DNA of 44,326 bases from Candidatus Parvarchaeota archaeon (GCA_030615175.1 JAUWZX010000004.1:1-44326); one strand, 5' to 3'; counted from the stretch's first letter, positions 9,445 to 18,781 are shown. Notes: a model not told the origin generated them from the letters alone. Numbers and translations: made by a program.

Positions 9445-9897
9445 TCACTTACGCTTCCTAAAATAATGAATAACCAGTAACACAGGGACAATGATTAAAA
9501 TAATCCAAGTCCAGTTAAAATCAACAGCAGGGGTTGCGCCAGGACGAGGAGCAGCGAAAACCTGAGGAGTCTGAGGGAAAACAAGCAGTAGAATAATAGA
9601 CAAGTACATGACTGCAACAGCAGCCTTAACCTCAACATCCTTTGAAAGGGAATGAAGCAAGCGCTTCAAATCGCTAACCCACTCACGCTTATAATCACTG
9701 GCAATGAAACAGCGAGTAATCTCGCGATTACCGCGCTTAACCTTCTCAATGTGAATCAAGCCATCACGCTCCATCCGGGATAATAATTTATGAGTATAAG
9801 AATAATAATTACGAGTGCGCTTGGCAACCCCGGCAATACTAATGCCAGGAGAAGCGATTAATAATTTAGTCACTTTATCCTTCAATTTCAAATCCAT
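9445..9897 (-). CDS. Winged-helix DNA-binding protein with two C-terminal transmembrane helices
   Basis: PGISIAGVAKRT..YYSYTHKLLSRMERDGLI (wHTH); two hydrophobic segments then RKRK. Confidence 0.78.
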   Translation of the reverse strand: MDLKLKDKVTKLLIASPGISIAGVAKRTRNYYSYTHKLLSRMERDGLIHIEKVKRGNREITRCFIASDYKREWVSDLKRLLHSLSKDVEVKAAVAVMYLSIILLLVFPQTPQVFAAPRPGATPAVDFNWTWIILIIVPVLLVIHYFRKRK

Positions 9898-9932
9898 AAT
9901 GATAGATATTAAGTGAGAAGTATATAAAATTA

Positions 9933-9956
9933 ATGTATAAACAAAAGTTCATACAT
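9933..9956. promoter_or_regulatory. Palindromic operator between divergent TATA boxes
   Basis: ATGTATAAAC-AAAA-GTTCATACAT, 9/10 pairs; flanked by TATATAAAA (9921, minus-strand TATA) and CTATATAAG (9958). Confidence 0.65.
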
Positions 9957-9988
9957 CCTATATAAGCGCTCAGCGCGCATTAATAATT

Positions 9989-10462
9989 ATGAAAAAGGAA
10001 TTAATAACCATGGCAATACTCTTATTGCTATTCCAGCCAGTACTGGCTGAAGGAGTAAGAGAGGATACTGCACTGCAACCAGAAGAAGATATGAAAGTAT
10101 TCATACTGACTGAAGAATCAGGAAGCGAAGAACAAATTGATGCCGGAGAAATAATGACTCGGGAAGACTTCATTGGACTGGCAGAAAATGAAGAAATAAT
10201 GACGGAAAGAGACGAGGATGAAGTGCCAATAATGGAAAGAGATGAGAATGAAGACATAATAATAGGAGAAGGACAAACAATTGGACTGGAAGAAGACGGA
10301 GAAATAATGGCGGAAAGAGACGGGGATGAAGACGTGATAGCAGAGGATAATGAAGAAATAATAATGGCAGGAGAAACTGGTGAAGAGGAAAAGCCATTCA
10401 ACCTGTGGGACGCAATAGTAAACTTCTTCAAAGGAATACTAGCAGTATTCGGAATAAAATAA
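9989..10462 (+). CDS. Secreted acidic repeat protein
   Basis: Signal peptide ending PVLA; repeats EIM(T/A)ERD(E/G)DE; amphipathic C-terminus LWDAIVNFFKGIL. Confidence 0.8.
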   Translation: MKKELITMAILLLLFQPVLAEGVREDTALQPEEDMKVFILTEESGSEEQIDAGEIMTREDFIGLAENEEIMTERDEDEVPIMERDENEDIIIGEGQTIGLEEDGEIMAERDGDEDVIAEDNEEIIMAGETGEEEKPFNLWDAIVNFFKGILAVFGIK

Positions 10463-10463
10463 A

Positions 10464-10490
10464 TTTTTACTTTCTTTTTTTTCTTTTTTT
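10464..10490 (+). terminator. Oligo-T archaeal terminator
   Basis: Long T-tracts directly after the stop at 10462. Confidence 0.55.
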
Positions 10491-11212
10491 TAATCTATGT
10501 TATGAATGAACACGTAATCACTGCCAAAAGACACTTCATAAAGGTCGCTCATCTTAAAAAGGAATCCAGCACCAATAACTTCAAGCAATCTGGCAGTGAA
10601 ACCCTCAACATCACTGCAGAACTCATAATTAACAATACAGTCATCAAACAAGTCATTAAAACCAGTTGAAGAAAAATCATTAATAATGAAGCCATCATCA
10701 AGCAAATCACTCCTCAAACCATTCACTTTATCAAGATAAAAATTATAACCAACACTATTAAAAGCATATAAATCACCAGTCAAATGACTATTAAGCCGGC
10801 TAATAAGACCTGACAAATCAAAACCCCTAACATTAAAAACGAACAGAAGATAGAACAGGCAGGCAGCAAGACTATTAGAATCACTGCTGTTAACCCCATC
10901 ATCAACGAGTAAATCACGCAGACCTGAAAAAATCCCATAAAACTCATAATCAGATACTAACTTAAGAACAGCATCAGGAACTGACTCTGAAACCTCCTCA
11001 CGCTTAGGCTTATGATACAGCAAGCCAAACAAATCATAACTATCAGCGTAACTCTTAATAAAAGAAGGCTTAAGCACTAATAATTCATCAACAATTGAAG
11101 ACAAATAATCACGAACACCGCCTGAAAACTTAACAGGAACAATGAATTCAGCACCAGACGAGCCTGATAAAACAGACTTGTACACGGAAAGCAAGCCATC
11201 AATTAAAACCAT
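10490..11212 (-). CDS. Hypothetical protein
   Basis: 240-aa ORF, ATG start. Confidence 0.7.
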   Translation of the reverse strand: MVLIDGLLSVYKSVLSGSSGAEFIVPVKFSGGVRDYLSSIVDELLVLKPSFIKSYADSYDLFGLLYHKPKREEVSESVPDAVLKLVSDYEFYGIFSGLRDLLVDDGVNSSDSNSLAACLFYLLFVFNVRGFDLSGLISRLNSHLTGDLYAFNSVGYNFYLDKVNGLRSDLLDDGFIINDFSSTGFNDLFDDCIVNYEFCSDVEGFTARLLEVIGAGFLFKMSDLYEVSFGSDYVFIHNID

Positions 11213-11232
11213 TACTATTTATTACTAAATGA

Positions 11233-11886
11233 TTATACTAAAAGTTTATGATTCAAACCATTAACAGCCATGCTTAAAACCTCATCCTTTGAAGCACTGG
11301 AAGTATCAATCACCAGGTAATCACTGCCAAAAGATTCAAGAACACTCAGGTAAGACTTATCCAGCCTCTTCAAATAACCAAGACGCTCATGAAAATGAGT
11401 GCCTCGCTTACGATAATCCTTCTCAATGCGAAAACGACTAAGAATCCTCTCCAAAGAAGTCACTTCATCAGCACGCAAATAAATAATTAAATCAGGCATC
11501 CGTGAACCAGCAAGAAACCTTGACAGACCAGCCAGATACTTATTACCATAAACACTAGAGTAAGCAAGACTGTCAAGCACAGGATGACGCTCTGATAATA
11601 AGAAATCAGGCTCTCCAATAACAGCAAGACGCCTGGCCAATCTATACATAGCCACGCTCCCGCCAAAACCTAAAGAGATTAAACGCTTATCAGACTTCGC
11701 GTCACCAATAAGAACCACCCTGTCAAGCAGTCCTCCAAGAAAACGCGCCGGCTGAACTGAAGAATCATACCTGGGCATCTTCAAGGAAGCAGTACTATAA
11801 CCACCCTGATTCAACCACTTATCAATCCCTCTAAGAAGACTTGACTTGCCAGTACCATCAACACCAAGGACAGCAACCTCCATCAT
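11233..11886 (-). CDS. Thymidylate kinase-like P-loop NMP kinase
   Basis: GVDGTGKSS P-loop, ERH..DSLAY, PDLIIYLR; start re-called at MMEVAV (11886). Confidence 0.8.
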   Translation of the reverse strand: MMEVAVLGVDGTGKSSLLRGIDKWLNQGGYSTASLKMPRYDSSVQPARFLGGLLDRVVLIGDAKSDKRLISLGFGGSVAMYRLARRLAVIGEPDFLLSERHPVLDSLAYSSVYGNKYLAGLSRFLAGSRMPDLIIYLRADEVTSLERILSRFRIEKDYRKRGTHFHERLGYLKRLDKSYLSVLESFGSDYLVIDTSSASKDEVLSMAVNGLNHKLLV

Positions 11887-11914
11887 AACAAAAGAAATAA
11901 TTAAAAGAACATAC

Positions 11915-12103
11915 TTATAACTCTTTCTCCTGCTTAATCCATGCGCACGCGTCACGGGCACGCAACGGATTAACATGCCTGAAGAAAACCTTAGACTTGG
12001 AAACCTGATTACTCCTGCCGCACCTCTTGCACTTAAAAACTTTAACAGCACCAGTAACCTGAACTAAACCGCATGAACAGCACTGGACAACACGAAACAC
12101 CAT
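11915..12103 (-). CDS. Small zinc-ribbon protein (DUF1922-like)
   Basis: CCSCG...FKCKRCG. Confidence 0.72.
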   Translation of the reverse strand: MVFRVVQCCSCGLVQVTGAVKVFKCKRCGRSNQVSKSKVFFRHVNPLRARDACAWIKQEKEL

Positions 12104-12106
12104 GAC

Positions 12107-12601
12107 TCACCAGCAAGGAATCCTCTCAATATAACAATCCTTAAGCGCATCACTAAGAACCTCTTTAAATTCAGGATTAAAAGAGTACTCCTTACCATTA
12201 ATCTCAACACACTTAATACCCTCATAAAACAATATACTGCAAGGCTTAGAAAGGTCGCTAGGGACTTTATGCAACCCGCAAATAAGAGGCTTAAATTCAG
12301 AGTCATGAATACTGCAAAGCAAATGAGTAAGGCACTCATCATCATGCCTAACTTCAAGGAAAGAGCAGGGATTAAATTTATAACCATCATAAGCCACTAA
12401 AGCAACATTTTTATTAACTCCAGTACGATAAACCCCGTCACGCTTCACTACCTTAAACTCATGCACTTTAAGGAAAGCAGCCAGGTCAGGAGCTAACTTA
12501 TGAAACCACTTCTTCCTTGCAATAAAGAAACCCTTATCACGAAAATAATAAAAACAGCAAATGCCGCACTTACCTGACTTGCATAAATCACTTAAAGACA
12601 T
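12107..12601 (-). CDS. Cys-cluster (CxxCxxCC/YkgJ-like) metal-binding protein
   Basis: CKSGKCGICC...CSFL...LCSIH...KPLIC. Confidence 0.72.
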   Translation of the reverse strand: MSLSDLCKSGKCGICCFYYFRDKGFFIARKKWFHKLAPDLAAFLKVHEFKVVKRDGVYRTGVNKNVALVAYDGYKFNPCSFLEVRHDDECLTHLLCSIHDSEFKPLICGLHKVPSDLSKPCSILFYEGIKCVEINGKEYSFNPEFKEVLSDALKDCYIERIPCW

Positions 12602-12656
12602 GAATTAATAATGAAAAAACTAAGTTATATATATTACCAATTACTGAATCAAGCCC

Positions 12657-12908
12657 ATGGAAATACAGATAGGTGAACCAGAACAGAAAATACTAGAAAC
12701 ACTCATAAAAGAAGGGAAAACACAAATACACAACTTAAGAGATAAATTGGATGTAAAACTAAAAAAAATGAAAAACCACTTACAAACACTAATGCGATAC
12801 GGCCTAATATATAATTCTTACAGTGAAAACTCCTTCAACGATAAATACTTACACTACGAAATCAGTAAATTAGGAAGACTAATACTCAATACGGAAAGTC
12901 AGAAATAA
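12657..12908 (+). CDS. Small winged-helix protein
   Basis: ILETL...LRDKL...HLQTLMRYGLI...YEISKLGR. Confidence 0.72.
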   Translation: MEIQIGEPEQKILETLIKEGKTQIHNLRDKLDVKLKKMKNHLQTLMRYGLIYNSYSENSFNDKYLHYEISKLGRLILNTESQK

Positions 12909-13540
12909 ACACTTACCTCACTCCAATTCACTACAGGCTTTTCAAAAACATCCTCAACAAGGCGCGGGCAGGCAGTGTTAATGAAACAATCAAAACCAGA
13001 AAAATTATTAATGTTAAGAGGGGATAATTCATCAGCAACAAGTATGACTGCAAAACGCTTCTTCCCCTCAAGAACTCTCTTAATCTCCCGGGCAAGACTT
13101 AAATCATGCTGCCCTGACTTCTTTGAAACAAGAATGCCGAAATTATTGGAATTAATTGCCCGGTGAATACGGGCAGCCTGCTTCTTAAGAAATGACTTAA
13201 CAACCACCACGTCAAGAGGCTTAACAGACTTTAAATGAGGATTAACAATGAAAACAGGCCTCTCAGAAGACAAGGCAAGACTAACCGCATGAAAAAAGCC
13301 AGTAGCAATAATAATGACGGCATCACAAGACCTGACAACAGAACGGCAGCCAAGCACTGGATCACAAACATGAACAATGAAGCCCTTACGCTTCAAAAAA
13401 GACTCAAGCACTGGCAGGCGATGAGAGAACTGGACAGTAGAAGTAATTGACAAAGAACTAAAAGACTTAATAAAAGGCAATAACTTAGAAAGACCTGGCA
13501 GAGGAGTTAAATCCTTAACAGGGATGAAAACAGTCCTCAT
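12899..13540 (-). CDS. dph2: Diphthamide biosynthesis protein Dph2 (short form)
   Basis: STVQF, VLGC, GFFHA, GILVSKKSGQ, INTACPR. Confidence 0.88.
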   Translation of the reverse strand: MRTVFIPVKDLTPLPGLSKLLPFIKSFSSLSITSTVQFSHRLPVLESFLKRKGFIVHVCDPVLGCRSVVRSCDAVIIIATGFFHAVSLALSSERPVFIVNPHLKSVKPLDVVVVKSFLKKQAARIHRAINSNNFGILVSKKSGQHDLSLAREIKRVLEGKKRFAVILVADELSPLNINNFSGFDCFINTACPRLVEDVFEKPVVNWSEVSVYF

Positions 13541-13641
13541 AAAAAATAATAAATGAATAACGAGTATAAAAAAATGACGTTATTATATTTTAAAGGGGGT
13601 TACTCAAGGGGGGCTTGCCCCACTGAAATGAGTTTAAAAAA

Positions 13642-14232
13642 ATGATGGAAAAAGGATTCACAGACTACTTTAAGCAAATGAAAAGAGGACCTCAAATAAT
13701 CACTCTAAAAGATGCAGGAATAATCAGCGCGTACACAGGACTATGCTCAGGCATGAAAGTACTTGACGCAGGAATAGGAAGCGGAGCATTAACCGCTTAC
13801 ATGGCAAACATTGTAAAACCCAAAGGAAAAGTATACGCCTACGATATAAGAAAAGACTTCATAAAAATAGCTGAAACAAACTTAAAGAAAATGAAACTAC
13901 TAAAATACGTAACAATAAAGAATAAAAACGTTTACAAAGGCATAGACGAAAAAGTACTGGATGTTATAACACTAGACTTAAGCGAACCATGGAAAGCACT
14001 AAAACATGCAAAAAAAGCATTAAAAACAGGAGGATTCCTGGTCTGTTACCTGCCAACAATAACGCAGGCAAGCAGATTATGCAAAGAACTGCAAACCGCA
14101 GGGATGACGCTAATAAAAGCAACAAAAGTAATAGAGCACCCATGGATAATAAAAGGAAGAATAGTAAGACCAGAAACAATGATAATAGGGCACACAGGAT
14201 TCCTAATATTCGCCCGCAAACTGCAAAAATAA
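13642..14232 (+). CDS. trmI: tRNA m1A57/58 methyltransferase, lacking N-terminal domain
   Basis: RGPQII.LKD, DAGIGSGALT, LDLSEPW, YLPT..Q, GHTGFL. Confidence 0.9.
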   Translation: MMEKGFTDYFKQMKRGPQIITLKDAGIISAYTGLCSGMKVLDAGIGSGALTAYMANIVKPKGKVYAYDIRKDFIKIAETNLKKMKLLKYVTIKNKNVYKGIDEKVLDVITLDLSEPWKALKHAKKALKTGGFLVCYLPTITQASRLCKELQTAGMTLIKATKVIEHPWIIKGRIVRPETMIIGHTGFLIFARKLQK

Positions 14233-14334
14233 CCCTGCAAAACGCAGTTAGACTAAAAAGTCCATAATAAACCAAAATATTTATAAACCACGCGCATCAA
14301 ATATAATAACACTTTTAAAAGGGGGGCCTTAAAC

Positions 14335-14472
14335 GTGAGAATCAAGATGTACAAACAATTCAGGACTTATAACATCAGGTGCCGCGTTTGCGGCCAGGGA
14401 AAGCCAAAAACATCATACCAAGGCACTTGGCGCGTATGCGCTCAATGCAGAAAGAAAAGCAGCAGAAGATAA
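14335..14472 (+). CDS. Small zinc-finger protein (45 aa), not in ORF track
   Basis: GTG start after GGGGGG SD-like run and TATA at 14280; MRIKMYKQFRTYNIRCRVCGQGKPKTSYQGTWRVCAQCRKKSSRR. Confidence 0.7.
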   Translation: MRIKMYKQFRTYNIRCRVCGQGKPKTSYQGTWRVCAQCRKKSSRR

Positions 14473-14475
14473 AAA

Positions 14476-15405
14476 TTAATTCTTAAGCTTCTCATACAAA
14501 TCATTAAAATAACTAATTGAAAAAGCCATAGGAATCTTCAACCCGTTAATGAAAAAAGTAGGCGTGCCCTCAACATCAAGCGACTCAGCAAGAACAATGT
14601 AACCTGAAATTATTCCTGACCATTCATCAGACGCGAGGCATGATATAAAACCGTCCATGAATAAATCAGCATTATAAGCAGCCTCCATCACACTTAAAGC
14701 AGAATCACATTTATTAAATAATTCAGTGAAGAAATCCCAATACCTGCCCTGCATCCCCGCGCATTCAAGCGCGACAGCAGCAACACCTGCCTCCTGAGTT
14801 AAAGGCAGAGGAATGAAAGTGAAACTAACATCATCATATAACTTTAAAAGTTCATCAATAACTAACAATGAAGCCCTGCTGTCATTACAGTAAAAATCAC
14901 CGAACATGACTATATCAACAGATGAATTAACAGCTCCCCTGGAAACTCCCAGACTCTTATTAACAACCGAGTAATCAACTAATTTAAAAGAACCGTTAGG
15001 AGTAACGCGCTCATAAATAAAACCTCTAATTAAATCATTACTCCTGAAAACATAAGCTCCATCAGCCTCCTCTGAACCATAAGACAAGTAGAATTCACGA
15101 AGCTGAGGGTAAAAAGAAAGGTCATGAATAATGACTGCAGGCACCTGCAGGATATCATAAACACTGATTAAGTTAATGCCTGCAGGAGAATTAACATCAA
15201 CCACCTCCTCAACATAAGGAATATTAAATAACTTAAACAAGTTAAAATGCCCGCTCAAATCACTGCACTCAGAGCACTGAGGGTTAACAAGCCCGACAAC
15301 CCTTAAAGGAGCAAGCACCACGTCACCAGTAATACTGGAATTATTAATGAAAAAAGAGAACACTAAAAGAACTATCAAACAAAAAAGGACAAACTTGTAA
15401 TTCAT
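14476..15405 (-). CDS. Membrane-anchored two-domain thioredoxin/DsbA-like protein
   Basis: N-terminal TM, CSEC and QVP, then DFYCNDS and GTPTFFING. Confidence 0.82.
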   Translation of the reverse strand: MNYKFVLFCLIVLLVFSFFINNSSITGDVVLAPLRVVGLVNPQCSECSDLSGHFNLFKLFNIPYVEEVVDVNSPAGINLISVYDILQVPAVIIHDLSFYPQLREFYLSYGSEEADGAYVFRSNDLIRGFIYERVTPNGSFKLVDYSVVNKSLGVSRGAVNSSVDIVMFGDFYCNDSRASLLVIDELLKLYDDVSFTFIPLPLTQEAGVAAVALECAGMQGRYWDFFTELFNKCDSALSVMEAAYNADLFMDGFISCLASDEWSGIISGYIVLAESLDVEGTPTFFINGLKIPMAFSISYFNDLYEKLKN

Positions 15406-15484
15406 AAGAATATATTTAATGCAACAACTTATTTAATAATGTTAAGATAATTTTAAATAAACAGGGAACATTATTAATAAATTA

Positions 15485-16594
15485 ATGCTCATAAGACTCT
15501 ACGCGTGGATTCCAAGAAGTTATTTGCACGTTGTTGAAATCTACGAATCAGTGAAGAAAGGACATGTTGACTTAAAAATCAGCAACCTGAAATTAAATGA
15601 CAAGGTAACCTTCACAATAAATGATTACTCAGACTACAAGGAAATAGAATTCTCACTGGACGATGACGGATTATACACTCTAACAACAAAACTAACAGGA
15701 AAGAAAGTAAACGAGGAAGTAAACAAGTTCTACAATGACGCGAAAAAATTATTATTAAACAAGATAATAAGGAAATGCCACCCAGTAACATACGACCAGG
15801 TAATTGAAAGGATACTGCCGCTCAATCACTCAGTAATCACATTAATAAAGAAACAGGATTATAAACCTAAAGAAAAAGACTATGAAACCGCTAGAATAGG
15901 AAGACTAATAATACACTATAAAAAGGACACGTACACTCATGACTCATTCACTTACGTGGCAGGAATTGAAAAAGAAGACCTGCTTAAACTACTCGACTAC
16001 AAAGCATTCATAGACATAACAGGCCACTTCTACTATGACATGATGAATAAAATGGAAGACTATCATTCAGGAACTAAAGAAGTAATAGACCTGCTGGAAA
16101 ACTTCCCTAAAAGCCCGCTACTCACTAACGCTTACTTAAACCTTGACTTAGTTAAGAAAGATGCAGCTGAAAGCTGGACAAAAATTGAACAGGCAAGCGA
16201 CTCACTGGCAAAAAAGAAAGAAGCATTAAATAAAATAGTAATGGGCGGGCGAAGCAAAGCAGTAACCAGTGAATTAAAAATAAAAGAATCATTCAACAGA
16301 GTGGAAAGCGACGAGGACTATGTTTACTCGCTATGGACTCTACTGCTAAACCACTTAGAAGACGTTGACACAGCAGTTGAAGCAAGAATTAACTTCAAAC
16401 GCATAAAGAAATTATCAATTAATCAATGGCTTTCAAGCATTCAAGGAGGATTCATACTCGCAAGCATACTAATAGGCTTATTCGTGATGCAGACAGGACT
16501 AATTAATAACGTCTACGCATTAGCGGCATTCCTAATAATCTGGATAATAATTTATGAAGTGAGCAGGATAATACTCATGAAAAGATCCTTTTAA
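15485..16594 (+). CDS. Hypothetical protein with two C-terminal TM helices
   Basis: 369 aa, helical middle, hydrophobic C-terminal hairpin. Confidence 0.75.
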   Translation: MLIRLYAWIPRSYLHVVEIYESVKKGHVDLKISNLKLNDKVTFTINDYSDYKEIEFSLDDDGLYTLTTKLTGKKVNEEVNKFYNDAKKLLLNKIIRKCHPVTYDQVIERILPLNHSVITLIKKQDYKPKEKDYETARIGRLIIHYKKDTYTHDSFTYVAGIEKEDLLKLLDYKAFIDITGHFYYDMMNKMEDYHSGTKEVIDLLENFPKSPLLTNAYLNLDLVKKDAAESWTKIEQASDSLAKKKEALNKIVMGGRSKAVTSELKIKESFNRVESDEDYVYSLWTLLLNHLEDVDTAVEARINFKRIKKLSINQWLSSIQGGFILASILIGLFVMQTGLINNVYALAAFLIIWIIIYEVSRIILMKRSF

Positions 16595-16612
16595 ACAGTT
16601 CAATAAGTAATT

Positions 16613-16975
16613 ATGGAAATTAAAACAATTCAGGAATGGGAAAAGGAATTTGCCAAGAAGAAAGGCCTGCCGCCTAAGGATAAAAGTGATGCTGATGAAG
16701 CATTAAAGATTGGTTTCCTAAAATTAAGCGAGGAAGTTGGAGAACTTGCTGAGAAAATATTACGCAAACAGTATGATGAAATGCAGGAAGAAGTTGCTGA
16801 TATTATAATCTTTGCCTGCAAAATAGGCAAGATTGCAGAAGACTACTTTAACCAGCCATCCACCAGCAAGATTATTAAAAAGAAAATTGAATACGCAGAG
16901 GAAAGAGAATACGATAAGAAAACCCTTGACTTTGACAAGCCTAAAGGCAGTTTTAAAGAATGGAATAATACTTAA
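16613..16975 (+). CDS. MazG-like nucleotide pyrophosphohydrolase
   Basis: KLSEEVGELAE...EEVADII. Confidence 0.88.
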   Translation: MEIKTIQEWEKEFAKKKGLPPKDKSDADEALKIGFLKLSEEVGELAEKILRKQYDEMQEEVADIIIFACKIGKIAEDYFNQPSTSKIIKKKIEYAEEREYDKKTLDFDKPKGSFKEWNNT

Positions 16976-18036
16976 GAAAAAATCCTTTTAAACAATAAGT
17001 AAGGACTCCTCTTCTTAAAATCAGCATACTCCTCCAAGTCGCTAACATCCGCGTTAACGCATAAGAACTCAAAAGCCAGCTGCTTAATTAAATCCTTAAC
17101 CCTTACCCTGGTGAAAAGCCATGCCTTAATGAAGCCGGCAGGGTCAGCAAGGAATCCATCAATCAATTTAACACTGACTAAATCCTTCAAATTCAAACCC
17201 TTAACAATTAAACTCCTAACAATCCCTAAATGACTGTGCAATACAACTCTATCCTCCTTAAACCGCTGAAGAATTAACACCTCTCTCAAATCCAGCTCCG
17301 CCTCATTAACAGCTATAAGATTACTCTTCAAGAACACGGACAAGGCATTAAGGATTCCTTTAACATTATTTAATAAAACGTAAACCTTAATGACTGCATC
17401 ACGCAACCCAGCCTTATTACTGGACGCGCATAACCTTAAATTATCAACATTAATTCTTTCAAGCATTGAATCCACCATGCCAGCCTTAATTAATGACTCC
17501 TCGCTAGCGAAGAAGTTCTCAATGATAAAACCCGCTTTATGATTAAGAAAATTAATGATTAAATTACTAATTGAAGCTTCATCAATGTTCAGGACAATCA
17601 TGCCAGAATAAACACTTGAATCCTTAAGAGTGAACCTTAACTCATAATCAATGCCTAAATCAACACCGTAAACAAGCAATGAATTCCTTAAACGCTTTAA
17701 TACTCCATTAAAACGTTCATCAACCAGTTTAGCCCTGTTACGCGCAAGAATTAACTTATTGCCTAACTTAACAATACTGTCAACGCGAATGCTTAAACCA
17801 GCATCAGGCTTTAATAACCTGTCAACCAAGCCATTAAGTAAATCATAATGACTCGTTATCTTCTCAGCATAAGACTTAACCAGCTTACTAAATAAAGAAT
17901 AAGCAACCGGTGACCCAAGCTTGCTTAACAACTCCCTGCCAGACTTGATTAAGGAATTAACAATCATTAACTCCTTCTTAGTTAAAATCACTCCATCACT
18001 CTTCCTTAAATCAGGCAAAAAGTATTCCCCGCTCAT
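16972..18036 (-). CDS. Hypothetical protein
   Basis: 354-aa ORF, ATG start. Confidence 0.72.
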   Translation of the reverse strand: MSGEYFLPDLRKSDGVILTKKELMIVNSLIKSGRELLSKLGSPVAYSLFSKLVKSYAEKITSHYDLLNGLVDRLLKPDAGLSIRVDSIVKLGNKLILARNRAKLVDERFNGVLKRLRNSLLVYGVDLGIDYELRFTLKDSSVYSGMIVLNIDEASISNLIINFLNHKAGFIIENFFASEESLIKAGMVDSMLERINVDNLRLCASSNKAGLRDAVIKVYVLLNNVKGILNALSVFLKSNLIAVNEAELDLREVLILQRFKEDRVVLHSHLGIVRSLIVKGLNLKDLVSVKLIDGFLADPAGFIKAWLFTRVRVKDLIKQLAFEFLCVNADVSDLEEYADFKKRSPYLLFKRIFS

Positions 18037-18101
18037 TAAATAATTGATAAGGAGGTTCTAATTAATAAGTTTTAAAAACACTTAATAATTAATTAATCCG
18101 A

Positions 18102-18410
18102 ATGATGAAAGAACCTGACACTGAGAGGAAGATGAAGTACTTCACCAAGCGCTTCATTTACAAGAAAGGAGACTTAAGAGCCAAGACGTTTGAGAAAACA
18201 AGGCATTACGCAATACTATGGGTTTACGATGATGAGCCAGCAATACTTAACATTAATTACAAATGCCCCTACTGCAATCATGAAGACGGCAAGACAGGCG
18301 TTTTTGACAGCACGACAGCAATAAAATTCACATGCAATAACTGCGGCGAGATAATAAACGCGCCAAAATTATACGGCAAGAGAAAGAAGAAAAAGAAGAA
18401 GAAAACTTAA
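18102..18410 (+). CDS. Zinc-ribbon protein with basic tail
   Basis: YKCPYC...FTCNNCG, poly-K C-terminus. Confidence 0.78.
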   Translation: MMKEPDTERKMKYFTKRFIYKKGDLRAKTFEKTRHYAILWVYDDEPAILNINYKCPYCNHEDGKTGVFDSTTAIKFTCNNCGEIINAPKLYGKRKKKKKKKT

Positions 18411-18436
18411 AAAGTAATTAGAGGTAGATAAATAAT

Positions 18437-18781
18437 ATGGCAGAGGCAATACCACAATATGTTAAGGATGTATACGTGTTCCTAGGCAAGACTGATAAAC
18501 AGGCGCAGAGAATGATGTTATACCTTCTCAAAAACCCTGCTGAATGGCTAACATGTGATGAATTAGTAGAAAAGATTATTACCCCCAGAATCTATGCATT
18601 CAGGAAATTAGTGGATTTTAAGGAATTTGGTTTACTAGAGCAGGAATATAGAACTAAACCAAGAGATGGCGGAGGGTGGAGTAGAATACAAACCTGGAGA
18701 ATTAAACAAGACCTAGATAAAGACTTCGCATCCCTGCTAAAAGAAGAACTGGAAATAAAACTCCAGAACATGGAAATTTAA
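18437..18781 (+). CDS. tfe: Transcription factor E alpha-like, winged-helix domain only
   Basis: LTCDEL...RKLVDFKEFGLL..YR...DGGGW....W then helical LKEELE; no zinc ribbon. Confidence 0.6.
   Translation: MAEAIPQYVKDVYVFLGKTDKQAQRMMLYLLKNPAEWLTCDELVEKIITPRIYAFRKLVDFKEFGLLEQEYRTKPRDGGGWSRIQTWRIKQDLDKDFASLLKEELEIKLQNMEI

Noticed and set aside
11887..12051. N-terminal extension of the thymidylate kinase-like ORF
   Set aside because: Overlaps the zinc-ribbon gene; the P-loop position indicates a start at 11886
13594..13635. SECIS or C/D box RNA
   Set aside because: GAA bulge is on the wrong side for archaeal SECIS, no in-frame TGA selenoprotein nearby, and boxes C/D are not in canonical order
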